DNA from: Negaprion brevirostris
Taxonomy: Eukaryota
Length of the DNA: 64,000 nucleotides
Assembly (NCBI GenBank): GCA_030324005.1
Contig: JARDVH010000133.1
Coordinates: 33,923,430 to 33,987,429 of the forward strand
Direction: 5' to 3'
Of the stretch, positions 1 to 12,700 are shown one piece after another. The first letter of the stretch is position 1, and each line of letters starts with the position of its first letter. The position numbers and the translations under genes are program-made. The notes beneath the pieces were generated by a model. It ran no database searches, had not been told where the DNA came from, and worked only from the letters and a program-made list of their open reading frames with translations.

Positions 1-150
1 ACACTTTCCTTCACCTCCTTCGTTATCCACGGCTTATTACCTCTCCTCCTACGGTCTTTTTTAACCATCGGAATAAAGTTCTGCTGAGCACCAAGAAAGA
101 TCTCCTTAAAGATCCTCCACTGCTCCTCAGCAGACCTACCTTCCATCGCG
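1..150 (-). mobile_element. CR1-type LINE ORF2 fragment
   Basis: Reverse strand translates MEGRSAEEQWRIFKEIFLGAQQNFIPMVKK...KPWITKEVKES, typical of the CR1 endonuclease-RT linker. Confidence 0.75.
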
Positions 151-649
151 TCTTGAAAGCAAAACCAGTAGATTTATCTTGAGTGTGTCTGCTTTCTTCA
201 GTTAACGTTTTTGTATTTGTTTCAAAAGCATGCTCTTAATGCCCATGTCGTCTGAGTTTTGTGTTGCAAGTTTCTGTGCCTCCCCGTTTGTTTGTGGATT
301 TCATTGACTTTGTACTGATATTTATGATCTGTTCACATTTATTCTCAAGAGTGGAGTATGCACATCTTTGAGTTTCTCAAAAAATGAGTGCTTCTTAGGA
401 CAGATTATTCCTGAATATATTTGCCTCAAATGTCGATTTGTGATTTGAGTTTATGCTGGAAGGTGTTCAGCAATTAGATCCAATTACGTTAAATTCTGTT
501 CATCCAATTGCAAGGACTCTAATGTTCTTCATTAAATTTCAGTCAGAAATATTTTGGTACCGTTTAATAGCCTGTTTATTTTAAATGAAAGACCTTCTGG
601 ATTGAAGAGGTATTATTGTCTTTCAATTATACACAATTTATTCTTGTAG

Positions 650-769
650 CTGGTGATATATGCAGGTCCAAACACTAATAGCAGGAAAGTAGCAGAGTAT
701 GGAGGAAATACATTGGGTTATGGAAGTCGCAGTGTACTGGGGACTGGTTGGCCTAAGGACTTAGTCAAG
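650..769 (+). CDS. HECTD4: HECTD4 exon (window exon 1)
   Basis: ttgtag|CTG...AAG|gtaatt; [13 protein letters not shown]...WPKDLVK; phase 0/0. Confidence 0.93.
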
Positions 770-3700
770 GTAATTGAAAACGATTTTTTTTCCCGACCTA
801 TTCTTTAGTCGTTATTTTTTTTCCTTTTAACTATTTGATAACTAGTCGCTCTCCTGTACACTTAATTGTGAAATAAATGTTTTTTGGAGAGTGCAGTGAG
901 TTAGATTTGGATGTATGTGTAATAGATACTGAAATGGAGGAGTGAAATTGAATGAAAGTGCAAAACCGTTGCTCTGTACCCATTAGACTTATNNNNNNNN
1001 NNTAAATCCCATCAATATGTTTATCAGGTTGAGGGAGACACTGTGACATTTTCTTTTGAGATGAGGAGTGGACGAGAACACAACACACCTGATAAAGCCA
1101 TGTGGGGATTTGCCTGTACTGTTCGAGCCCAGGTAAGTAGATTGTTCTAGTTAAATTGTGATACATGTAAAGATTGACATGTCTCTGATAGTCACAGGCT
1201 TAACTTTGCACTTGGTTATATTTGGCAATTAGCTTTTACACATTTATTTTACTGCAGGAGTCTTCAGAGGATGTTTCAGGAGGTTTGCCCTTCCTTGCAG
1301 ATCTTGCATTGGGTCTCTCCGTATTAGCCTGTTCCATGCTACGGATCCTTTACAACGGACCCGAAACAACTAAAGAGGAGGAAGCATGTCAGCAATTGCT
1401 TCGATCAAAACTGCTACAGAGGCAAGTTGCTTGATTACTTCTCATTTGGCAAATTTGTTACATTTCTCCATATTTTGAAAGATGGGAAATTACTATGTTG
1501 CTGCCTGATTTACTTATGAAGTAGGATTTTTATTGCTCTAATATTCATCTGCCAGGCTATTTAAAGGCAATATATACATACTGAAGCTGCATGTGTATTC
1601 AAAAGCTTGTTTAAGATGCAAGTATTACTTAAACAAGTGCACCACATGGTGTATTGAGTTAAGCATTGCATTTTACGATCTGTGTTCAGTTCCTCCAATT
1701 TTGCTTGTCAGAACTCCTACCAAAGAATGAATGTTGCTGATCAGAAGTGTGGCCAAGAGCATTGTTTTTTCCTAGCATAGACTGCAGGAAAACAACCTAC
1801 TGTTGTAAAACGATTCTTCTTTTAACTTATTGAGTAACACCAGGGAAGAACTTCTACATAATTTAGTTCTTCATGGGAGTGCTGACCACTTAAAATTGGT
1901 TAGCTTGTATCTCAAAACAGCTAGTTCCAATGTGAAGTACAAATTATCTGGACTTGGAATCATGCTCATTACTATGGAAATAATGCTATTCAAATTACTT
2001 CTCTTCAATTATATTTTGAGGGAAGTTTGCATGGCCATACTTAAGTCCTTTTGGAATGATTTACAGTAGGTTGGAAACTTGCTCAGCTTTTTACAGGAGA
2101 GCAGCTAATCATTTGAGGATGCTGGCCACCAGCAGATACAACTATTGTAAAAAGCACCTCATTCAGAGGACCTGCTGCTTTTGATTAACCACTGTATTCT
2201 AAAGCCATGTCCCAATGAAAATGAAAAAGATGAACATTTATTTTTCTTAGTTATGAAAAATGAGTGCTTTCACCATTAGGTCTTTTGTAATTTTAGAAAA
2301 TCAATGTGATTTATATATTTGCTAATTAATAAATCTGATTCACAGCTACTGCCTGAAATGTATGATTTGCGTGTGTTGTGCATCTGTTAATTGGAGAGGT
2401 TTGAACTTACTGTTTGCTGTGTACAGTTTGATTGTAAACTAGTTTATTCCTTTGGGCATGCTACTTTTGATTCTGTGCATAAGGTCACATTTCATCCAAG
2501 GAATTGTGGATCAGTGGATATTGTCATTTACACTTGGTATCAGAAAAAGTATCTGATGACTGCACGTTGCATATTCATTCCATATCCAACATGCCATTGC
2601 TCAACTTGAACATACATTCTCTTGCAAAGTGAAAAATGGAATTGTGCAATTTCTGGGCTAGAATTAAATATATATATCTTTGTAATCTTTTGATTACAGA
2701 TGCCAGTGGCAAGTTGAAGCAAACGGTGCCTTATCTCCTGCTTTGACTCCAAGCCCCTCTCCTCTGCCGCTAACTATAGAGGAAGACAGGGAGTTCACAT
2801 ATCCTTGTGATGCACTCGCACCTCCTCCCCCAGTAACTGGGCACTACTTTGATTTGCCAAGGATTCGTCTGCCTCCTGGAATAATGGGAAAACTCAGGGA
2901 AATATCTGGAAGAGCACGACCTCAGTTCAGACCAAGTATTAAGTGCGTGTGATCCCTTAAATATCAATATTTTGCTATGCAAGGTACAAATGTTAGGACA
3001 TCAAAGCCCCTTTATGAAAGTGTAAAGCATTGTAGGAAGAAACAGTTGAGCCTCAATACTGAACACTTTAGCAAACTATTTAGTTTTGTAATATTCTTTT
3101 GTATTTGTTCTTGCATTCTTGTTCCCTGTAGTTGGTGGGGAGCACTAACATTTGTGGTATGTGGTTCCTTGGATTCCAGCTGTCCCCAGTACAAATGGCC
3201 CTTTATGTCGAGGCCTAAGTAGTGAATAGCAACATGCTATTTAGTAGGAGCAGGCACATTTCAATCATGTCTGATTTTTGTTCTCTTCTAACATCCGCAC
3301 TCTTGTACTTACCAATAGCAGTTAAGGAACAGTAATCAGGGAAACGTTTGCTAGATTTTCCCCCACTTTCCCCAGCATAGGCCATTGAGACCGCCTGCAA
3401 CAAATACATTATTATCCCGAAATAGATCAATTAACAAAGGCTGGTGATCAAAACTGGGACTACTGAAGTCTTGATGACTCAGTTTAACACTTTTTTTGAC
3501 AATTGCCATTAAAAGATGTTAGTTTCTAGAGAAATGATGGCAAAAATATTTAATTACATCAATACTGCTAATGATGAAGCATTAGTTGTCATTTTTACTC
3601 CACGCTTGTCCTTCATTCTCTTCCATCATGCCAGTCTTTGGACTGGAAACAAATCTGTAGTTGAACATGTTATAAGCATCCTTCCTGTTAAGTTAATGGT

Positions 3701-6700
3701 GCTGTGTGATTGGATATGATGCATTTATTCAACTTGTTGATCATTATAGAGAAAGAAAGGGCACATTCAAGATCATACTGCAGTAGGTTACAATAAGATG
3801 TCCTCAACAAGATGATGAAGTAATGCTTGGCACAGAGTTGGTTTTTATAGTGTGAGATGGAAGTTATTTATGGATTGGTCAACACCTTGAATGATCAGAC
3901 TTGAAATTATTCTGTTGATACAGTTTTTGGAGTGAAAATGGGCCACCCACTCCCTAATGATGCTTTTTGCCCCTCGATTCTAGGGAAGTGATTCAGCCTG
4001 ATGTGATGGAAGAAATGGTGGTGTCATGTGTGATCAAACATTTGAATCTGATTGATGCGCTGCAGTCTCTGATTAATTTCCAGTACCGAGAGGAGCACCT
4101 GGAAGAATATGACCTGCTGTGTAAAATAATGGGAGAAACTTTCAAAAAACTTAATGCTATGGAGCGACAACTTCAGGTAAAGTTGGGGACTTAAGGGAAC
4201 CTTAATATGCCTGTTTAGATGGATGGTAGATGTAAACATGGCCACTTTTGGTATGAGGTAGCATCTAGAGGTTTTTGACTTAGTGGATAAGAATCTTAAT
4301 GGGTTCCCTGAAGCCATCCTAAATTGATGTATGAATACATGAAAATAAAAATATATTGTCTATATGATGTAAACAATTAATGTGCTCAGATTCAATGCCA
4401 CTTTCTTCAAAGAATTTTTAACAATTATCAATAATGGAAATACATTTGGCAGTTGAGAATTGTATTTGCTCACTTAAAACATCAAAATATCATTTATCCT
4501 GAAATCCTAGATTTGACTGTAAAACATTGGTCAGTTTTGTCAATCTGTGAACTAAATATGGTGTGTTATTTTTATTCGTTACCATTCTGCTCTTTTCATT
4601 CTTGCTGTCTTGCAAGCTGATGGGAGGTGTCTGCAAATGTACTAAATGTAATTGTTTCTTCAATGATCTCTTTTTAATGCAACGTCCAATCTGTGTATGA
4701 AGGAAGTACAGAATCTCTTTTCAGTGTTTCTCTTTGATAATTTGTGATTAGCTCAAGCTGAATAGTTACCTATTTTGTTCCAACGGATTATACAAGCCTC
4801 TAATTCCTGTTGTTAAACACAAATCCAGATATCTAAATGTTTACTCATATCTTCACGTCCTTTAGGATGGTCCTATATTTGCTTTACCGATATTTTGTTA
4901 TCCTATAGAGTGTAGCGGAGCTTGAGCAGAAATGGCAGAATGAAATGGAAGATGGCCAACAAGGAAAACTGGAAAACAATCTCCCATTTTTCCATGACTA
5001 TCACTTCAATGAGGTTAGTCTTTGAATATGAAAGTGACCTTTTCTGATGATGTAGAACCTAAACTACTGACTTCACTTTGTTCTCTGAGGCCACGGTTAG
5101 AAATGTAGGGAACTGGATTCAACCGATTGACCATCAACCTATGTGTGAAAATTAGTTCTGAGTATCATCTTGTGATAGCATTTATTATCTCAACAATGGG
5201 AAGTGAAGATCACAATCCAAAAATGTTGAACGTGCATAGGTCAGGCAACATTTATGAAGAGAGAAAGAGTTAGTGTTTCAGGTTGATGACCTGATATTCT
5301 GATAAAAGTTCATTAACCTGAAGCATTAACTCCATTTCTCTCTTCACAATTGCTGCCTGACTTGCTGGGTATTCCTAGTATTTTTTAGTTTGATTTTAGA
5401 TTTCCAACTTTGGCTGTGTTTTCCTTTTTGTAGAGAAGAAGGGCTTCTTATGATCCAATGTGTGGTACTTCTGTCTGGCTCTGAGGGATTTGTTAACTGG
5501 ACCATTCCGCTGCTTGCTTCATATTCCACTGTGTATGCAAGCTAAAAACTCTCTGTACTAAGAGAGGTCTTCCTTTTGCAGGAGCCCATTGCATTAGTCT
5601 ATTAACTTAGCCAGAATGCGGAAAGATCAAAACAATTCATAACTTAGTTATATATGTTCAAACCCATACCTTTGCATGAGGTGCATGTGATCATGCAGAA
5701 ATCTATGCATCATTATGATGTGAGATACTTGTGCAACGGATTTTTGATTTGTTAAACAAATATTTGGTTTTATGTTTGTCAACGTAACAAAATGGGGCAG
5801 CACGGTGGCACAGTGGTTAGAACCAAGTTCGATTCCTAGCTTGGAACACTGTCTGTGCAGAGTCTGCACATTCTCCCTGTGTCTGCATGGGTTTCCTTTA
5901 GGTGCTCTGGTTTCCTCCACAGTCCAAAAGATGTGCTGGTTAGGTGCATTAGGCATGCTAAATTCTCTCTTGATGCACCCAAATAGGTGCCGAAGTTTGG
6001 TGACTAGGGGATTTTCACAGCAACTTGATTGCAGTGTTAATGTAAGCCTACTTGTGTCGAATAAATAAAATTTTTTAAAAACTTACATTTTTATGGCATC
6101 TGGTCACATGCTCCAACGTGGTGTGCCTCTGTGCTGCTCTGAAAATTATCTCATTTTTGGATACATCACTGTTGCTTCAACAAGAGAAATGGCAATGCAT
6201 TGTTCCCCCAGGAGCAGCGAGTGAGATGAGTGATCAGCTAGATTGTTTTTGCTAGTGTTGGTTGAGGAAGTAATGTTGGCCAAACAATAGACAAACTTCT
6301 TGTCCTTTGATTTATATGAAGGAATCTATGTCCACCTCATCATTTCTGTTTAGCAGCTCATCTGAATGCTGCTTCCCTAACAGATACATCACTCCCTCAG
6401 TTTTGGCCTGAAATATCAACCTCAATTCTGTGAACCATTCTGGAGTGAGGTCTAGCAAAAATTACACTTTTATAATAGGTATTCTTGATTCTGAATTTGT
6501 GAAGAGATTATCTTGTAATACACCAGACAGCCTTGAGTTGATTCCATAGTACAATTGTAACGGTATTATTTCTCTCCAGAGTAAAATCAAAGAGTTAGAG
6601 CTGCTTTGCTCTCTGAAGGAGATACAATTTGACTGCAATGACTTGGAGAACATGGTCCTTTTATTAAGGTATGATGACAACAGCTGTTGTGGTGATAATT

Positions 6701-9700
6701 ATTGTTCTTGCTTAAAGCTTTGTCTAGAGCCTAAAATTATGGTCTGTGGTATTAGATTTTATAAACCAGAATTCTGAGATTTAATTCCAAGNNNNNNNNN
6801 NNNNNNNNNNNNNNNNNNNNNNNNNNNNNNNNNNNNNNNNNNNNNNNNNNNNNNNNNNNNNNNNNNNNNNNNNNNNNNNNNNNNNNNNNNNNNNNNNNNN
6901 NNNNNNNNNNNNNNNNNNNNNNNNNNNNNNNNNNNNNNNNNNNNNNNNNNNNNNNNNNNNNNNNNNNNNNNNNNNNNNNNNNNNNNNNNNNNNNNNNNNN
7001 NNNNNNNNNNNNNNNNNNNNNNNNNNNNNNNNNNNNNNNNNNNNNNNNNNNNNNNNNNNNNNNNNNNNNNNNNNNNNNNNNNNNNNNNNNNNNNNNNNNN
7101 NNNNNNNNNNNNNNNNNNNNNNNNNNNNNNNNNNNNNNNNNNNNNNNNNNNNNNNNNNNNNNNNNNNNNNNNNNNNNNNNNNNNNNNNNNNNNNNNNNNN
7201 NNNNNNNNNNNNNNNNNNNNNNNNNNNNNNNNNNNNNNNNNNNNNNNNNNNNNNNNNNNNNNNNNNNNNNNNNNNNNNNNNNNNNNNNNNNNNNNNNNNN
7301 NNNNNNNNNNNNNNNNNNNNNNNNNNNNNNNNNNNNNNNNNNNNNNNNNNNNNNNNNNNNNNNNNNNNTGCAAGGTAGGTCCATTCAAAAGTCTGATGGC
7401 AGCAGGGAAGAAGCTGTTCTTGAGTCAGTTGGTACGTGACCTCAGATTTTTGTATCTTTTTGATGATGTAAGAAGGTGGAAGAGAGAATGTCCAGGGTGC
7501 GTGGGGTCCTTAATTATGCTGGCTGCTTTGCCGTGGCAGCAGATAGTGTGGACAGAGTCAATGGATGAGAGGCTGAAGTTAAATGACATTGAGTTAATTG
7601 AAATGAAGGCAGTTCTGCTGTACGTTGATGGAAAGAGTGTGTCCGATTGCAAGCATTGCAAAATGCGTACAAATCACACAAAAAATTAGCAAACTGACCA
7701 ATTCTGAGAAAAGTCGTTGAGTTAGAAATAGTTCTCAATCAATTATCCATTGTGTAGTTGAACCATAAATGCCAGAAGGGTTCCACACTTGATCCTTGCA
7801 CTGCATTATTTTATTTAGGGCATTTGTTTTAAGGAGGGAAAAATTGCCCAGTGTACCCAATTTTAATTGTAATGCAAAAATGTCTTCTGCAAATTTGAAT
7901 TTCTGGACATCCAATGAGGGCAGACGCAGAATTGGAATAAAACTGCAAATATAGGTCTTTAACTTATAGAAATAAGTTGCAAGTAATTATTTTAGTGTAA
8001 GTTAATATGAATCTATTTTTAAAAAAATCAACGTGGAAAGTCAAACAAGTTTAAGCATATTATAAATAATAATAGAATCTTCCTGCCTTCAGATGATCAA
8101 AACCCTCAGTTCTCATCTCAGTTGATACTGCCTGGAAGTGTAAGCATTGTGTATATGAAATGCTTATTGTGCATGATAAGCCCTTGTTATCTGGACCAGA
8201 CATCATAGAGCAATCACATGAGACCCTTGAGTTCATCATTGATCAGACTTACCTGTAGCAATGCCATCTTATGGTGTAACATCAATGACCAATCAACACA
8301 ATGGTGTTCACACGCACTGAATGATGGGCAATTCAACAGAAAACATGCTGCTTGGCATATGACCATTGATTTTCAATGCAAAGTCCATGCAAATACTGAA
8401 GACCAACATGAAATGCAGACAATTGGCTTATGAGAAAATGGAAGAATGCAAGTTTGTGCACCGAACTCTCCAACTCTTGAATCTGCTCAAGTGACTACTA
8501 AAAGTACTGAGGTAAATGTGAAATCAAAAATAAATTTTAAATATTCAGCTGAAGCGTTGCTATAACCGATACAGCTGCGATATTCCAAGCTGGACGCCAC
8601 TTTTAAAAAAATACATATTGCTGCCCTTTACAGTCCGTTAACAAGCAACAAGCTGATCCTCTTTGGTGATTTCAATGCCAAAGTTGGAAAGGATACAACT
8701 CTGGGGAGGTGTAATCAACAGAGAGGGGGTAAGAAAATCCTATCATCAACGGTATCCTGCTCCTGACAATGTGTCTAGAATATGACCTTGTCGTGACCAA
8801 TACCTGTTGCATCAGAGAGACAAGTACAAAACCTCATGGAAACAATCCTTCCCAGCACTGGCACGTGCTCAACTTTGCCATTGTCCAAGTGAGGAACCGC
8901 AAAGATGTGCGTTTCACTTGTGCCATGACAGGACCTGATGATTGCTGGACAGACCATCTGATCTGATCTGCTCTGTGATCAACAGCAACGTAGCCCCAAA
9001 GCAGCAACAGAAAAAATGCTGCAGGAAAATCAATGCTGAGGCACTCAAAGGCCCTGATAATAGAGCTGCATTCAGCCACTGCCTCAATGCAACCTGATTA
9101 CTCTGGTGACCCAGAGATGCAGAGTGTCCATATCTTCTGGTTTGCCTTTTACGTCCCCATTAACAACACTTGGGAAGTGACGCATGCTCACTTGGCCAGG
9201 AAACACCAAGACTGGTTCAGTGAAATGAAGCAGGAGATCCAGGAGCTGATGAGCTGCAAGCACAGGCTTTTCTGAACCTGAAACAACAAACCAGCTCAAG
9301 CAAGAAATCAGATCTACACACAGCTGAGGCCCAGCAAAATACATGCGACCTAAAGAACAGATATTGGGTGGAGAAAACACAGGAGATCCAGCAGTTAACC
9401 AAAGTCATGGTGCATAAGGTTTCTTTAGCACAGTCAAGATCACCTACAGCCCAAGCCCACCCCATTGTTGGCCAAGAATGGAGAGGTGCTCATCAAAACA
9501 GAGGCAGGCAGTGCCAGCTGGAAAGAGCACTTCCATAAACTCCTTAACAGACACTTTGTTTTCAACACCTGCATCCTTAACTTCATCCTGCAGCTTGTTA
9601 CCCACCACCAACAGCATGAGGTCAAAAAGGCCATCCCACAGCTAAAGTACAAAAAGACATTGGAAGCAAATGGATACCCTGCTGAAGCACTAAAACATGA

Positions 9701-12700
9701 TAGAAAGGCAGTACTGGTGCAAATACATGATATCATTTATCTGGAAGGAGGAGAACATGCCAGCAGATCTGAGACAGTCATCATGACCACCTTCAGGAAA
9801 GGTTACAAGTCCGACTGCAGTAACTTCAAAGGAATTTCCCTGCTGTCGACCATAAGAAGGTCATCACAAGAATCCCCCTGGCTGAAGGTCTCCTCCCAGA
9901 ATTGCAATGTATATTCTGCCCTCTGAGGGGCACAACAGACGTGATCGTCGCCATGCACAAACTGCAAGAACAGGGTTCTTGCACCAGTTGTTGTACATTG
10001 CCATCCTACTCCTTTTGCTGCCTCCTAAAGCTCGCCACCATCCTTCTGCTCCATGATGACATGCAAGCCTTGATCTTGACTAATGGATCCAACACAGACC
10101 TAATTCAGGTTCGAATTAGGGTCAAGAAAGGCTGTTTCATCGCACCCAGCACTTTTCTCTTTTTTCCCTGCTGCGAAGCTCCATCTCACCCTCTGTAAGC
10201 TCCCTGATCAAGTGGAATTAAATTACAGAACAAATGGGAGTCTATGAAACTGCTGTCTGATGACCAGATCCAAGGTTGTCCCATCCTCTTGTCATGAAAC
10301 AACAGAATGTAGGCAATGCTTGAGTTTGTACATGCTCAGAAGCTGAGCGCCAAGCCACTGTCAACACCTTTACTGAGACATAGGAGAACATGGGCCTTAA
10401 GACCTGAAGACAAAATTCCTCTCCTAAACCTGCTCTGGCCACACAGTACTGCCCCATAGCTATCATTGGCAAAATAGGCACAACAACGTCAGTGTTCTCA
10501 TTCAGGTCAATATCTCCAGCATTTAAAGCCTTGGTGAAGCTCGGTTAGCTCCACTGAATAGACCCTATTTGTGAGGTGCCTGAAACAAGTGCTTTATTTT
10601 GAGCTTTGATGCAGCAAGTGGGCACCAGGAAGATTGAGCAAACACTTCAAGGACATCCTCAAAGCCACTTTGAAAAGGTGCAACATCATCCCTCCCTCGC
10701 TCCCCACTCCCCCACCCCCAACACCTGGGAAACCCTGGCCCATGAGAGCCCAAAGTGGAGGAAAAGCATCTGTGAAGGAGCTGATTATCCCGAGTTTCAT
10801 CGCCGAGAGCAAGCAGAGACCAGCATTGATAGCGAAAGGAGCATATGGCAAGCCGGGCACTTCAATCACTGTCTTCCCCTCCTGTGACAGAGTCTGTTGG
10901 TCATAACTGGACTTTTCAGTCACCTGAGAACTCATTTTTTAGTGTGGAAGCAAGTCATCCTTGACTCCGAGGAACTGACTGAGGGGCAGAAAAATTAGCA
11001 AGAACAAATTGCAAATTTGACACTGAAGGCAGTTTACTGACTGTTTTTGTATCTCCTGTTTTGATGTATTCTCCTTGAGACTTAGAACCATTTACTTGCA
11101 CTGTTTATTCTTGGTAAGAAGTCTCTCAACACCAGGTTAAAGTCCAACAGGTTTATTTGGTAGCAAAAGCCACTAGCTTTCAGAGCGCTGCTCTTTCATC
11201 AGGTGAATGGTAATTCTGTNNNNNNNNNNNNNNNNNNNNNNNNNNNNNNNNAAAGACACAAACTCAATTTACAAAATAATGATTGGAATTTAAAGGTCAT
11301 AAAGGTACAGACAATGTGAGTGGAGAGAATGTCTGTACCTTTAAGACTTGATTACCTGTAAAGACTCGCATTCCAATCATCATTTTGTAAATTGAGTTTG
11401 TATCTTTGCATGCCCTGTTTGTGAACAGAACTCCCACTCACTTGACGAAAGAGCAGTGCTCCAAAAGCTGGTGGCTTTTGCTACCAAATAAACCTGTTGG
11501 TGTTGTGAGACTTCTTGGTGTGTTTACTGCCAGGATCTGCACATCATGACTGTTTGTTTATTCTTGCCAATTTTAAATTAAATTGTTTTTTAAACAGGGA
11601 GAAGTTTGGTCAGGAGGTGAACTCTTTGGTGCCGAAACCTTCACATTCTTTAGCAAAAACGAAAGCTTTGGTGAAAAGCCTGATGAATCGTGCTGAGCTT
11701 TTGCTGCACGTTACCATAGCAGCACAGTCTGGTCTGACCAGGAGTATTTCAGGAACCCCAGCTGACACACCAGGTACGATTGCTGATGTGAGAGGGTGAA
11801 GGTGGAAAGGAGAAGGAGGTCTTTGCTGCTGTTGTCAGTTTTTTTTTGTTTTATTTTCAAGCTCAATCATTTATTCAACAATTGTCATCAATGTAATGTC
11901 AGTATCAGCAGTGTACTAAGGCATTTGAGCTTAAAAAATGACGCATTCATGAATGTAGCAAACAATTCAGATAATTTTGGTGGATGTCTGGACCCTTGTG
12001 AAATAAATAACTGTGCAGTTATAAAAAAAACTTTAATTCCTTGCTTTTGACAAATGGAAAAAACCTGTATTTTATAGGCAAATAGTATTGGCCAGTAAAC
12101 ATATGTGAAAAAGCATATTCTCAGTCAGGAACACTTCCAGAATAGTTGCAAACTATTTTTGTCTACTGTGTGCATTTTGACAATCTATTTGGCAATTCGA
12201 AATGGTGTCTGGGTGGCCGAAAAGCTTAACAATTATGGATTAGGTAGTTCAATGCATGATATCTTGTCCCAGCTAGGTGTCAATTACAAAAGTCACAATA
12301 TTATAATTATTTGCAAAAATATTTAGTATCCATTTGTCTTCCTGATGTATGCTTGCTTATTTTACCAGCTTGTAAATCTTCTTCAGAAACCAAGGTGATT
12401 TCTCACACTGTTCGTCAGCCAGTCTTCCTGCGCAGTATGTCAGCACCCTCTGACCTGGAAATGATTGCAAATGAGGATCTAGAATTCACACGGGCTAACC
12501 AAAGGTAAAGAATTAAGTCAATTTGGATAATTCCAGTGATCGTCATTAGATACAGACACAATCATTGTGCATTATGATTTGACTGTAGAATGTTAAGTAT
12601 GCATGCCTGAGAGTATGCATGTATTTGTTAATGGGATATGGATGTTGCTGTCAAAGCCAGCTTTTAATGCCTCATCCCTTATTTTTCCTGATTAAGATGA

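Noticed and set aside
5044-5090. TGATGA...CTGA box C/D-like pair (similar at about 52045-52085)
   Set aside because: The span of 40-45 nt is too short for a C/D snoRNA and I saw no recognisable rRNA guide.
6752-7388. ORFs of 134-210 aa here and at 17864-18370
   Set aside because: They are made almost entirely of N-gap X residues.
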